Made by a program: the position numbers and the translations under genes. Positions 16,419 through 63,245 of a DNA stretch of 64,000 bases are shown here, in pieces. This stretch comes from Amoebidium appalachense. Its lineage: Eukaryota; Protista; Ichthyosporea. Position 1 is the stretch's first letter, and each line of letters starts with the position of its first letter. Below the pieces are notes generated by a model, which worked only from the letters and a program-made list of their open reading frames with translations, made no database searches and had not been told where the DNA came from. The DNA lies in contig CAVNZM010000017.1 of NCBI GenBank assembly GCA_963693365.1, positions 6,562,708-6,626,707 of the forward strand, written 5' to 3'.

Positions 16419-16911
16419 GGGAGGGGGGAGGTTTGGGTGGGGAAGGGGGGGGGGGGGGGGGGGGGGGGGAGGGGGGAGGGGGGTAATAATAAACCTCCGG
16501 TGTTTTTTTTTTCAGATCCTAGAGAGTAATATAGTGGCGAACATATGGTATACATGTAGTGCGGATCCCGATCAATATCCTTGAATAATACTCACATATT
16601 TGGACTGAGTCGTGATCATGCCATGTGAGATCCGACAGTTGGCATAGCCCAAGGGCTTGAATATCACAGAACCTATCGTGTATATCCATGAACTTCCTTG
16701 GTGCACCTTTTTTTTGTAATAACCCCCTGCATATCCATGAGATGATATCTTGCACCTACGTGTATAAATTCCATATACATCCCGTTTACTTGGTTGGCCA
16801 GAAACGAAGAGCCTACATCCCACTCGAGCAGTTGGCAAGAAAAATGTGCAGGATTTTGGAAAATAGACAGGCTATTATGCCCGAAACCTTATTTCACATA
16901 AACGGATTTAC

Positions 16912-16942
<31 letters not shown>

Positions 16943-17054
16943 GAGGCAAGAAAGTGCGAATGTGTCTGTTTGTAGAGAGTGCCACTGTGTGTGATTAGTC
17001 GGTGTGTGTATGCCTGATCTTTGTTTCATGTGTTACGTGTGATGTGTTTGTGTG

Positions 17055-17195
<141 letters not shown>

Positions 17196-17203
17196 GCGTG
17201 TGT

Positions 17204-17248
<45 letters not shown>

Positions 17249-17340
17249 GCCGACATGTCCACCCACACACATCTAGCACACACCATCGTTCCTGATGACA
17301 CAACAAGATAAAAACGAATACATACCAAATACCTCACTAA

Positions 17341-17374
<34 letters not shown>

Positions 17375-17453
17375 TTCCCCCCTCCCTCCTCCACACTACC
17401 CATCATTCTTGCTGCTGGCTGCAATATGCTGCATTCCCTCATGGCGGCGGGGC

Positions 17454-17516
<63 letters not shown>

Positions 17517-17684
17517 CGTGTGTGGGGGGAGATATTCAGTCAGCGGTCTGTAAGTTACAGCCCTCCCCTCCCCCCCCCCCCCCCTCCCCGCACACCCCTT
17601 CTAGGCTGTTCCACTATGCACACCCTGCTGCTCCTCATTCAAACAATCTGGTGCACATCACCCCCCCCCCCCCCCCCCCCCCCC

Positions 17685-17764
<80 letters not shown>

Positions 17765-17843
17765 TTGTATATATATGCACATACATATATTTGAAAAATA
17801 AATAGCCCTTCCATAAAAAGGATGACCAGATCCTTCCCCCACT

Positions 17844-31488
<13,645 letters not shown>

Positions 31489-32596
31489 CCTCCTTCCTCA
31501 CTGTTCATACCCGCAACCCACCAACGAACCATCTAGTCCGATCATTCACTCAGTCCGAACTCTCTCCCTTTCTTCGTTACTGCTCTGTTACACCAGAATC
31601 TGCACGAGCTCCCATAAAAAGGACTTTGTCTGCTCAATTAAACTTCAATGCCGCTGCTCAATACCCATACCCTTTCTACTGCAGGTTTGATCATGAAAAC
31701 ATCTGCCTGATGTTCTGTTTTCTCAGCACTCAAAAACTTGTGGCACACCGTCCAAGCAAGCCTGTGTATGCGGAGGGGTCTGTTCATGTATACTCTAGCA
31801 AGATTAAACAACATATAATAACTAGCTGTGATCTTGTTAATGACGTCAGAGATGGTAGACTACAGGGTTGCCGAGCGGAAAGTGCGGCTCACTGCACACC
31901 AGACAAAAGCTTTCTCCTTCCAAGAAGATAACCAGAAGTCGGCTGCAACAAAACATGCGATTGTATGTTGAAGAAATTTGATTGAATGCGAGAAGGAAAC
32001 GGATAAATGCACGCATACATGGAGAGTGCTTTATCTGACACACATTTAGAGAGTTGGGTGTTCTGCTTTATTTAGTGCCAGTACGACACAAGAATAGCAA
32101 GGCTACTAAAGAGAAAGAGAGGGAGGGAGAAGGCAGGGAGACATCTAAGTGAAGCTTTCACCTTCTTTTTGGTCTGGGTTGTTGCGGCGTGCGAGTGCAA
32201 GGCACGATAAAGATTTAGCAGGGTGGCCGGAGACGTCACATCAGTCCACGGAAGAGTAAGTGGTTCTTTTGCTCTCAAGATCCGGGTTCAGATAAGATCT
32301 TCTTGATGCTATTTTTTTGTGCTAGTCGACGTGCAGGAAAGGTGCCAGCCTACTATGCTGGCCGGGCTTTCCAGGCATATTTTCTACGACCGTGTGTTTA
32401 AGATGAATCAGTGTTTTGTGCTGAACGTGCTAAGATTTCTTTGTGGACGATTCCGCATCACTCGTGCTTGAGGAGAGCCCGATCAGGAAGAAAGGCAAAC
32501 TTAGGCAAACAACATACCTTTACAGAGATCTGCAACTATCACCACATTGTAAAATCTAACATCAGTTGACGTTCCGAGCACGCACATGTGTTGGAG

Positions 32597-32631
<35 letters not shown>

Positions 32632-32776
32632 CCTCCCCACCTCTACCCCCTCCCCAACTTCACTCCCTTCCCCCATGCACACCTCTTACCCTGCCTCCGT
32701 TCTTCAGTAGCCCACTCTGCGTAATGCTTACTTTCTACCCCCTCCCCCCCCCCCCTCCCCCTCCCCCCTCACCCCA
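31489..32776. promoter_or_regulatory. Divergent intergenic/promoter region between CHERP (-) and the EPS15-like gene (+)
   Basis: Head-to-head gene arrangement with ~1.1 kb of unique, microsatellite-free sequence. No specific elements were identified. Confidence 0.5.
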
Positions 32777-43981
<11,205 letters not shown>

Positions 43982-44032
43982 GACAATTGCTCGACCGACC
44001 CTTCCCCCCCCCCCCCCCCCCCTCCTCCCCCC

Positions 44033-44122
<90 letters not shown>

Positions 44123-45479
44123 CCCCGCCCCGCCCCGGCCTCCCCTTGTTGCGAGCAGACATACACTTTCGGAAATCTGATATGATCCTAGCCTGGTGCT
44201 GGAAACAATCCACCCTCGGTTCTTTAAATTTTACACGAGTCTTATAAAATTTATGCATGGCTATGTCGTTTGAATGCATGTGCTGTGCACGTGCAATACA
44301 CGTTAGGGGGAAAAATAATTGTACATGTATACGACGTATTGAAAGATGGGTATATATAATTTGTTGCTAAAAAGATGGCAAGATATATAAGCAAGGCCTG
44401 ATTCTCCCCATTGATTTATTGCATAAGCAAGGCAACCACACATTTAGTGCTGGCCAATAAACTTCTGAGCTTGCACTCAAGATCATTCCCTACAGTAAAC
44501 TACCGTATATTAGGCTAGTCCTGCATACGCATGCATGTGTGTGCGGGCGATTGCAATTTGGCCCTAGATACCCCCCCCCCAGGCCCCCCTTCTCCCCCTC
44601 CCCTCCCCCCCCCCACCCCCTCCTCCTCCTCCGGCCCCCGTGCTATTGCTGCAAGTCTACATAGACCATATACATGCATGAACCTGGGTGCATTTTCTAA
44701 GTCCATCACACTGTCTGAGATGCGTGTTTATGTGCCTTCTGCATCCCATGCATCGGTAGTGTACACATGCGCACGCGTGTGCTCTATTTAGTAATTCGTG
44801 TTGAATGCCGTCATGCCGGCAGGCATGTGCTGTCCACACTTGTGTAGTGCGCATATGAACACGGCATGGTCGTGTTGATATTTTATATATACAGTACATA
44901 TGTTCCAGCCTAGAGCCGGAGCCACGAATCCGAGCAGCCCCCCCCCCCCCCCCCCCGTTAACCCCCTCACCTTTTCCTCCCGACCACCACAGCACGCCAC
45001 AATATATATATACCTGAAAGCTCTTATTCCCAAACACAGAACCTTCATAACACAGCAAAGAGGCATTGTGAATGCACTTGCATGTTATCACCCAAAAATA
45101 GATTACCGCGCACGACATAAGACACTGTGAATTTTCCTCATCATCATCATCAGTGCGATCTATGTTCTAGAGGTTGTTTTTGTTATAACCCGCTCCACAC
45201 AGACACACAATTGCAAATGCACTCTAACCATCCACATGTCTACGCTTCCTTTTTTCTGATTGCCGGGCCGGGCTCCACACTCTCAGCCGGCTTTCATCAT
45301 ATCCCCCGTCCATGGCCCCCTCTGCCCGCAGACCCGAGCACGCAGCCAACAGCCCACAAACATCCATGATCTCCACTTATTATGCAATAATAAGGCGTGC
45401 TCTTTACAAAAAATAGCAGTAGTCTATCCTTCCACTCCTCTAACGACATTCAAAAAGGTCATGTGCTGTCACTCTTTTC

Positions 45480-46510
45480 TTTTTACTTTCTTTGACAATT
45501 CCGTCTTTCTTTTTCAAGTTTCTTCTTTTCGAAGTTTTGCTCTTTTCCCTGGTTACATGATTTTGGGGGTTTACGCTGTTTACTCGAGGCAAAGAGAAAC
45601 CAGTCTCAGGTATGGGGGGGTTTTTGCTCGGAATATCCCCTCAGCGGTATATCATGATCACGTACATAGATGTCGGGTGATGACTATGTATGTTTGGATT
45701 GTCGTCTGCTGTTTGTCGTATGGAGGAATTGTCTCTTCGTTTTTGTTTTCATTTAGGTAGGCTACCTGATGGTCACCCTCTTTATGCTTTCTTTCCCCCC
45801 CTCCCTCCATCCCTCTTCCCCCCCAATTTCACCAACGCTACTTCTGAATGTCCTCAGCCTACCCTCTTTCCACCTGATTCTTCCTCTCGCTATCTCACTC
45901 CCTCTTTCTTTTCTCTTCCTGTTTTTTCTGCCTTTTCGCGTTATTACCATACGCAGTATAAGTTTCTTTCTCGTTCTGATAGAGAAATCAAAGGTAAAAC
46001 TCAGTCGGCATGTGTTATGTTCCTTATAAGGCAACACCGTACTGATCATTATCGCTTTTTGGGAGCTTTGGCAGGATACATTTCTCCTGCTGTACGTATG
46101 GATACCACCCTAGTAGATAAGTCTGTATGGTGCTCTGATGTTGATATTGCCTGGGAAGTTGTGCAGTGGCGCTGTAATTCTTGTTTTCATCGCCGCTGGT
46201 GCCACTTTTGTGCTGACCTTTTTAATCGCAAGCATGTTGATAGGTGTGAATTTTTATGTTGCGTTATACCTCTTTCCCTCCGGGTATCTGCTACACTAGC
46301 TGGCAATGTGAACACTTTAGACTTTTTGTTGAATTCTGTTGGTCGTCACATTGAGTACATTGTATTTATATGATTTTCACACAGTGTTCAGGTATCTCAG
46401 TATGCACTTGTTACTGGATAACTCGTGAAGTTTTTATTGTCTTCTCAGTATGCCGTGCATACTTGCATATCTTTCCGTCGAATAAATCCAGTCAAAAGAA
46501 AAAAAAAATA
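45480..46510 (+). mobile_element. 3' fragment of a second, related non-LTR retrotransposon family
   Basis: ORF 45690-46373 (FGL...RMEELSLRF..HLGRL..GHPL; ISPAVR...LVD...QWRCN...CHFC...FNRKHVDRC...NTLDFLLN) aligns motif-for-motif with the C-terminus of the 8861-10658 element. AATAAA and an A-run lie at ~46481-46508. Confidence 0.75.
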
Positions 46511-46585
46511 TATATATCAGGGTTTACTTTCTCTACGAGACACCATAAAGACTACAAAGAGAAATCAATTAGTTGGGGTTCCCCG

Positions 46586-46690
46586 TTTTTTTTAATTTTT
46601 TTATTTTTTGTTTTTTTTTATTTTATTTTTTTTAATTTTTAATTTTTTTAATTTTTAAGGGGCTCCCCTGGGACACTCGGTATCAGCTGG

Positions 46691-46787
<97 letters not shown>

Positions 46788-47155
46788 CGCGCGCGTGCGC
46801 TAGAATTTTGTAGTGATGTGTTTCTCAAGCCAATCAATACATCTAATAAACAGGTCGTAGTTACGCGTGTTTAGTATAAAATCAAGGATGTTGTAATTTA
46901 CAGGTAGGCTATCTTTCTGAGTGTCTGTTTGTGAATATGACGTGTGTGTGTTGCGGTATTATGTGGTCTATCAAACTACATTTGGCGATACATGACCGGT
47001 TATACTGGTGTGTGTGTGTGTTGTTTGGGCATGCAAATGATGCCACCTTATACTTATTAGATCTCCACTGTATAGCACGTGTACAGTAAAATCGTGGTAA
47101 TTGATCAATAATACCATCAGCTAGAGAAAGACCAGTTCTACAGGAAGGTAATATG
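46586..47155 (-). mobile_element. 5'-truncated copy of the 8861-10658 LINE
   Basis: Reverse complement of ~10030-10635, including the same 3' motif ccagctgataccgagtgtcccaggggagccc, a shorter (CA)n and an (AAAAATT)n-like tail. Confidence 0.92.
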
Positions 47156-47556
47156 TAACAGGAAGGTAATATGTATGATTTTAGCGCAAAATGGTTTTGG
47201 CGGGAACACTTATGATTGGTTAACTTTATGGTTACGTCATACGGTGTTCAGAGGGTACGCTGGGGATGAGAGAACTTGAAAGTGCAGTAATTAAAAATAG
47301 TAGGAGTATGTGAATGCACATGCATAAGCTATATACATAAATAAATAAGCTTCATACATAATTAATGGCTATATTTTTCACAACTTCACAGTGAAGGTGT
47401 TATGGTGCCGTTGCGGATAAGCCGTTACCTTTAGTTCCTTCTGAGAACCTTGGCGAATCATCTCATATCACACATACTTTCTCGTTTCTGAATAGCACAC
47501 TCTCCTCACAGTAACCAACTCATCTCGCACTTTCTAAAACTACTATAACTGTGACT

Positions 47557-53048
<5,492 letters not shown>

Positions 53049-53085
53049 GATTGAAATGGAGATTGCATTATGCAATGGATCTAAA

Positions 53086-53220
53086 GGGGGTTTCTAAGTT
53101 TTAGGGTCACAAGCCGGGTCGGGTCAGACCAGAACTTTCTGCTTTTTGATTGGCGATTCGCGAGATGCCGAGCACCAAACAGCAATTTGGCTTTGCTCAA
53201 AAGGGTTAAAAGAAACCCCC
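53086..53220. mobile_element. Tourist/PIF-Harbinger-like MITE, copy 2
   Basis: TIR GGGGGTTTCT...AGAAACCCCC and internal GGGTCGGGTCAG, just 3' of the LOG-like stop codon. Confidence 0.75.
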
Positions 53221-53319
53221 GAGACATTAGTAGGAAAAGATATTTTGTGAAACGTTGCATGAATCGACGAGTTTTTTTTAATGTTTACCGTACCAAAATC
53301 TGTTGGTTTTTTTTTTGAT

Positions 53320-53459
<140 letters not shown>

Positions 53460-54064
53460 GGGGAGGGGGATGCATTTGTCCACAATCACTTGATGGGTTT
53501 GACTTAGTTTTAAATTTTTCCTTTTTTTTGTCCCCCCAAATCACCATTGTTTTTGACGAGGTAACAACGCCAAGTCAAGTCCATCTTTCCAACACATCTA
53601 TAAAGAGAGTCCTACAAAGAAAAAAGGTCGCTGTTATTAACATTTTCGACCAATATACCAAGCCGCCCAATATGCATTATGTATGTACATACATACATAC
53701 ATATGCATTCGAAAACGCGTCCACAGATCCATAGCATCAGAGGAAAATCCTAAATCATCACCAACCAAAGAAGAAAAAGAAAAAAATAAAGGAAAGGAGG
53801 AACTGAAATCAATAGACAGGAGTCGTATTCCCAAACAGCAATGAGAGCCCCCCCCCCCCCCCCCCCCCCGGGGGCGCGCCCAAAAAAAAGCATCTACATG
53901 TCGTCTGAAAAACTCAAGAACACACATTCGATAGTTACGACAGTACTTTTTGCTCAGATGTATTTAGTTACCTTCAAACTATTAAAGGTCATGTTTCCTG
54001 TTCGTTCATCATTCATAAGTAATCGTCCTAACCCACGTACACGTGTACACGCACACACACACTC

Positions 54065-54107
<43 letters not shown>

Positions 54108-54169
54108 GCCTACACACACACACACACGCACACTCATCTACACACACACACACACGCACACTCATCTAC

Positions 54170-54267
<98 letters not shown>

Positions 54268-54269
54268 AT

Positions 54270-54306
<37 letters not shown>

Positions 54307-54308
<2 letters not shown>

Positions 54309-54862
54309 ACGTCTTTCCGCTTGTCTGTTGCTTTGGTCTCTGCCAACCTTCACAGCATGGAGAGGTGTGCCAGGCATTTAGTCTCTCACAGCACTCACGT
54401 AGTCGTTCAATGACATCCTGACACGGTGACTGCTGGTACTGGTGGTCTGTGTGTGTGGGTGTGGGTGTGGGTGTGGGTGTGGGTGTGGGTGTGGGTGTGG
54501 GTGTGGGTGTGGGTGTGGGTGTGGGTGTGTGTGTGGGTGGGTGGGTGGGTGGGTGGGTGGGTGGGTGGGTGGGTGTGGGTGGGTGTGGGTGGGTGGGTGG
54601 GTGGGTGTGTGTGTGTGGGTGTGTGTGTGGGTGTGTGAGGGGGGGGAGAAGTGTGTGTGTGTGTGTGTATTGGGGGAGGGGGTCTTTTTTTTTGGTTGGG
54701 GGGGGGGGGGGGGGGGGTTAGAAAGTGTTCTAGAGTACCAAGTACAACTTCATAATGCTAACAAAACAATGCAGAGGGCAAACCACACATAGAGAGGGGG
54801 GGAGGGGGGGGAGGGGGAGGGGAGGATTTCGATGTGTGTGTGTGGTGTGTGTGTGTGTGTGC

Positions 54863-54932
<70 letters not shown>

Positions 54933-55018
54933 AGGAGGGATGTGATTTCCTTTGGGAGTTGAGAAGAGCGTTGTATGTGTGTGGGGGTTCAAGTGCGTGT
55001 GTGTGGGGGGGGGAGGAA

Positions 55019-55051
<33 letters not shown>

Positions 55052-55439
55052 CTGTGGGCACGCGCGTGTGTGTTTATGTGAGCAAGCATGCCACCACGCA
55101 TCCACGTGAGAGAATGTGAGTGCGTATGTACCGTTGCCAGTATTCGGCAAGATTTGTGGCAGTGGCAGTGGCAGGATTGTGATGGATGTCAGGTGGGTGG
55201 GTCAGGTACAAGTCATAGGCAAGCAGAGGGGGTGACTTTAGAACTAAAACTTCAAATCCATGCAATGGCAAACCTGCCATCCCTCTAGCAGATGGCTTGT
55301 GGGGTTAAAGGGAAGGGGGGCAGGCGGAGGGGGGGCGGGGGGGGGGGGGCAACCAGATAATACTACTGACCCAAACTCGTGTGCGTGTGTGTGTAGGACG
55401 ACAAACGACGGGAATCTCGGAATATGCCAGACAAGGTGC

Positions 55440-55481
<42 letters not shown>

Positions 55482-55802
55482 GGTACGGTAGGTGGTGTGT
55501 GTGCGTTTGCACGTGCCACTCATTCAGCGCCATGCCTTTCGACAGGTAAGGGTGGACACAGGCACCAACACGGCAAGCACACTTCCAAGTATGAGCATGC
55601 ACGTGCGCACATCAGCACATATCAACACGGAGAAATACAGACACAACACGCACACGAAAGCGCGCACCCACGCACGCAGGCACGAACGCACGCACGCACG
55701 CACTCAACGCAAGCATGTGCACCCACACGTACCAGCCAAGCACTTCTGTATGGCGCAGGCCTGGGCCTGGCAGGCGTTTGGCTCCTTGCGCCCCCACCCC
55801 AT
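54307..55802 (-). CDS. CMC4: CMC4/MTCP1NB (p8) mitochondrial Cx9C protein, 69 aa
   Basis: Exons 55733-55802 and 54307-54446 join in phase 1 to give MGWGRKEPNACQAQACAIQKCLADHQYQQSPCQDVIERLRECCERLNAWHTSPCCEGWQRPKQQTSGKT*. The cysteine spacing matches p8-MTCP1. Confidence 0.92.
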
Positions 55803-56288
55803 TGCTCTATGTTCCGTGGCACGTACACCAGTGTCTCTCCGTGCGTGCGTGGGTCTGCGGGCAGCTGTGCCGGCCTCCTGTTCTCCCTGTGTGCCTGCAC
55901 TATAAATTAAGATAGTATACTCTTTTTTTTCTTTGTTTCCTGACGTATATACGTATAATACGTATATATATACGCCACAGGCCTGGCCTACAGCGGGCTG
56001 GACATGTACCAGGTAGCTGTCATGCATATGTACACCCGAGGTAGCGAGTCTAAGGCACAAACCTGTGTGCTGTGTGAAACTCTTTTCTGAAGAAGCTGCT
56101 TAATGATGACGCAATAAGGCATCCTGCAGACTACATGTTTGCGTCAACAGCTGCAACTTGAAACTGAAACGCTTGACCACGGCCATCTAGAGTCTCTATG
56201 ATGGCCGTGCGCTTGACGTTTCCAAGTTCAACAAAAACCGGCGAAGCTCTTTAGCTATCCCATCCGCTCTTTCCACCCAACTTTCAAC
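55803..56288. promoter_or_regulatory. Compact bidirectional promoter region CMC4/MED28
   Basis: Divergent ATGs lie only ~490 bp apart, and the region lacks long microsatellites. Confidence 0.6.
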
Positions 56289-56477
56289 ATGTCTTCTCCA
56301 GCAATTGACCCGCAGTTAGTTACTGCGCTAGATGATGCACTGAAGGGCTGCATAGCGCCCCTTGCTCCAGATGTCAACACACGCACCAGCATGTTTACCA
56401 CCACCAGAACAGACACGAAGCTGTCCAAGTTTCCAACCAACAAGAAGGAACTGGAACAGTACAAGCTGGGTGAGCAG

Positions 56478-56509
<32 letters not shown>

Positions 56510-56715
56510 TACTCGTGCATCCCTTCTTGTTCCTTCCCTCCCACATAATATCTTCCTGGCTTTCTTTATTCTCAAATCCATTCTTGCATCCCCACCCACG
56601 CTCTTTCTCTCCCTCCCTCCCTCCCTCCCTCCCTCCCTCCCTCCCCTTCCCTCCCCCGCTCCCCCCTCCCCCCTCCCTCCCTCCCTCCCTCCCTCCCTCT
56701 CTCTCTCTCTCTCCC

Positions 56716-56746
<31 letters not shown>

Positions 56747-57142
56747 CCTCTCTCCCTCCCTCTCTCAGTCTCTCTCTCTCTCTCTGCGTCTTCTCTCTCT
56801 CTCCCTCTCTCTCCCCTCTAACGATTCCCTTATAAATTCTTCACGTTCCATACCTCTCTTTCCCACTTCCATTTTCATTTGTCCACATGCTTCCCATGCA
56901 ACGCCCTGTCGCTCCGTGATTTTTGCTTGCCTCTTCAACTAAGCTCGCATGCGCACACAGAGCCATCCCCCCCCCCCCCCCCCCCTCCCCCCCCCCCCCC
57001 TCAACCTCCATTCTACCCGCAAACAGTATACACACGCAGCCCATCTTTTTTTTTTTTTTCGTCCCCTCCTACCGCGCCCCGCCCGCCTCTCTTCCTTCCC
57101 TCCTACACCCTTCCCCTCCCTTCTCTTCCTAAATACCTTCAC

Positions 57143-57174
<32 letters not shown>

Positions 57175-57245
57175 ACCCACCCACCCACCCCTGTTTCCCT
57201 TTCACTCATTCTTTCTCTGTACACAAAAGTCTTTGTGTGTATGTG

Positions 57246-57307
<62 letters not shown>

Positions 57308-57442
57308 TGTGTGTGTGCCCGTCTCCTATCTTCCTCCGTTACTCATTTCCTCCCTCCGTCCTCCCCCCTCTAACCCACCCACCCACCTATCCACCCGCCC
57401 TCCCGTAGTCCCTCCCCCCTCCCCCCTGCCTATATCCCCTCA

Positions 57443-57536
<94 letters not shown>

Positions 57537-57876
57537 TGGGACAGTTACAACCACCACCACACGCAAACATACATGCGCAGGCACACACACACACACACAC
57601 AACCACACAAGCCCCACCCCAACCCCCCCTTCCATACACATACAATTGCATACTTTGGATGTTCTCGTTCTTCCATTTCGATCTGTGCTCTCCTCTGTTT
57701 GTTTATGCCATGCTTTGTAACCCCTCCCCCCTCCCCCCCTCCCCCCCCCCCCCCCCCCCCTCCCCTCGCGCAAGCCCACCCGCCACCGTCATCCCCATTC
57801 CCCCCCTGATGCAAAGTCGGGTGTTCGGCTGTATTCTTTTTCATTGTACCTTGTAATACGATCTAACCTAACCCCC

Positions 57877-57921
<45 letters not shown>

Positions 57922-58859
57922 ACCAAAAAAAGGGTCGAAACTCTTGCTTTTGTGGAGGTACCCCCCTCATGATAGGCTCTGTTCAAGTGTCTCCTGCCTG
58001 TGCGCGTAAATCGTTGGATTTCAGGTTTGTCATTTTAACAATGTTTTGTAGTTTGTCCTCTGGCGTGTCCTCCATATTTCCAATCCTCTAACACGTACAT
58101 CACCCCCCCCCCCCCCCCCCCCCCCCCGCCTCCTCCCCCGCATAGATGTGGAGAGCAGTGTGCAGGCGTTCTTTCAAGCAGCCAGGCAGCTGGACAATGC
58201 TTTGGTCACCTTGCAGCTGAGATGTGCCGAGAGACCAATCGCTAAGCTTCAAGAGGTGCGTACTTAATGTAGTGTTAAATTTTAAAGAGATAAAAATAGA
58301 AATGGTGGCATTTGTTGTTGGCTTTCTTTTGCCACACTGAATTTAGTATAGCTTTGGGCTCAGTTTATGCTGGTGTTTTTTTGTCTTTATTATACCATTC
58401 AGACAAAGCGAGAGACCCATGGGTCTGTTTGTGGGAGGGCTAATGCAGGTGAAGGAAGCTTGCGTTGTTCTAAGGGGGGGCATGTGGTGTTTATTGGAAT
58501 ATAATCCACACGTTTTTTTCAAGGTTGTGTAACGGTTGAAGGGGGAAGGGGGGAAAGAGGTGGGGGGGGGGAGGGGAGGGGGTATATAGCAAGGTTTGGA
58601 GTGTGTTCTGCACACTGCGACCCCTCCCTGGCATGTCACCATACACAGACACAGACATTTACAAGCACACACATATGCCCAGACGCATGCAGGCATCCAC
58701 GAGTAGTAGAGCACACAAATATTACGGCCCAATTACACATACGTTAGTACGTTCGTTTTACCCTCACAAGACCACAGCTTCAATGCATTGCCGAATGTGA
58801 AACCCACAAGCTCACATTACCCCTCCCCCCCCCCCTCCCCCTCCCCCCTCCCCCCCCAA

Positions 58860-58932
<73 letters not shown>

Positions 58933-59078
58933 AGGTGGAACGCTTGGAGGCGGAAACACAGCAGCGCAAGGATGTGCTCTCAAGCCACAAGGAGAAGGTT
59001 GCTGATTGGCTACAGGTCACGAAGGAGCTACAGCAGGCACAGGGAAGGGTGCTGGATGGGCCAATAAGCAACGAGTAG
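56289..59078 (+). CDS. MED28: Mediator subunit 28-like protein
   Basis: Exons 56289-56469, 58146-58255 and 58932-59078 are phase-compatible. They read LVTALDDALKGCIAPL...DVESSVQAFFQAARQLD...KLQEEVERLEAETQQRKDVLSSHKEKVADWLQV, paralleling the MED28 pattern (LV..LE..F.AC; V...I..F...ARQ; EL.RKD.L...H..K...W..V). Confidence 0.82.
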
Positions 59079-59128
59079 TACTAGAAAGGGGGGCAGGGGG
59101 TGGATGTGGTGGTGTGCTGGTGTTTTTT

Positions 59129-59164
<36 letters not shown>

Positions 59165-59722
59165 GGGAGGGCGGAAGATACTGAAGTTAAGTGCAGATCT
59201 GAACGTAGTGTGGTGTTATTATGCATGAAAGTGAGAGGAAGCACTTCAAATTTCTGCACGTGCAGGTGTATGATTGCACGTGCTCACATGCGTGCACACT
59301 GCAACGCCTGTGCATATATCCACACGTGCACCAACAGGAAAGACACAAACATGCACATGCACACACGCACACACAGCCACACATTTGCACATGAACTTTG
59401 GCGACATAGAAGGTTTTTTCTGTTACAAGCACGGCTGGTGTTGTGTTGGTGTGCAACTATGAATGAATGTCGATATCCTGATGTAAGCATTTTGAAACAC
59501 TCCCGTGTGGCGCACAGTTTAATTGTGATGGTGCCGCCTTTTCCGTAGTTCTTTTGGTGTTAAAGTAGGTTAAACATATTATTAATGCCAATACCTGCCA
59601 AATATGGACAGTGAAACATCGATTGTGCCGTGCAGAGGTTGCGATGAATAAATGTGGCTATGTAACGATTGCGTGATCGATTGCGGCATGTTCATGATCA
59701 TGATGCATGAGATAGCGCTCTA

Positions 59723-59761
<39 letters not shown>

Positions 59762-59775
59762 CTACACATGCACAT

Positions 59776-59823
<48 letters not shown>

Positions 59824-59854
59824 CCCCCTGACTAGGTTTTTCTCTGTTTGCACA

Positions 59855-59891
<37 letters not shown>

Positions 59892-60425
59892 TGGCGCTGT
59901 ATAATAGTCATCTCCGATGAGTTAGTTCCTCGAACCCACCTGTTATGGATCTAGACTTCTGAGCTCAAGTCCGGGTCCCTCCGGCCTCGGTCCAAGCTAA
60001 AATTTAATCTTCACATCTAGATTTATAGGCATGTTATGTGTTGAGGCAGTCTTCAGGCAACCAACTCGATTACATGCATATGCATGGCCCATGCAGCAAT
60101 ATTAATTAGGGTGGAAGCCAAACATGCGATCATTGGCATACCTGGTCCTGTACCTTTTTTTTCAAATATCCAGAACAAATCAGAATTTGCAATTGAAGCC
60201 GAAACAGATGGCCTGTGCCCTGGATGTGTCACGGCTAGCTGCAACATCTTGGAATAGAAGCACGACTGAATATATATGACGGGTACCTGTCGAGCCCCGC
60301 GGGGCCGGAGGGGATGTTTGGGGGGGGGGGGGGGGGGGGGGGGGGGGTGAGATGGGTGCGCACGTGTCGAGTACGTGTGTGCATGTGTGCATGTGTGCAT
60401 ATGTTAACGCTTGCTCGTGTGCGCG

Positions 60426-60458
<33 letters not shown>

Positions 60459-60472
60459 CTGTGTGTGTGTGG

Positions 60473-60514
<42 letters not shown>

Positions 60515-60595
60515 GCGTGTGTGTGTGTGTGTGCATGCGTGTGTGGTGGTGGGTGTGGGTGTGGTTGGGATGGTGGGGGGAGCGGGGAAGGAGGA

Positions 60596-60632
<37 letters not shown>

Positions 60633-60939
60633 TCCGGGCGGGAGGGTTGCGCCAGGCTTCTAGACCTTCCATACCCACTGGCACTGGACAATATTATCAA
60701 ACCTTTGCCGCGGCATGTCTTTAATGTGTACTCCGATAGGCAGCAAGGCACAGCCATTCAGTTCGTTATCTTTAAACCAAGAGGTATATGCAACTTATTG
60801 CCAAATATGGCCCGGGCCTGTGTTTGCCCATATTTGTCACTCACCAATCGCGTGCAAGTGTTTGCCCATTATGCTTTGAACTCTTTACACAGACCTGCAA
60901 AGCCCATCGAGACTGTGCAAATATCTCGATGATTTGAAA

Positions 60940-61072
60940 GGGGGTTTCTTTTAGGATTCCGGGTCGGGTCAGGCCCGAAACAGACTTCCGCTTTATGAAT
61001 GGGCCGTGAAACGCATCAAACAGCTTTTTGGCCTGACCCGAAAATCCCTATGAGTGGCTATGAGAAACCCCC
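60940..61072. mobile_element. Tourist/PIF-Harbinger-like MITE, copy 3
   Basis: TIR (AA)GGGGGTTTCT...AGAAACCCCC(TT) followed by AA, with internal inverted TCGGGTCAGGCC...GGCCTGACCCGA. Confidence 0.8.
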
Positions 61073-61150
61073 TTAAGGCCAACTGGACATTGAACCACAT
61101 CCACCCACTTTTCCAAATACTTCCAAATATGGTGATTGCACCGTCCATAT

Positions 61151-63245
<2,095 letters not shown>

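Noticed and set aside
16515-16910. Possible degenerate coding fragment on the minus strand
   Set aside because: There are short ORFs in several frames but no motif I can recognise; a translated homology search is needed.
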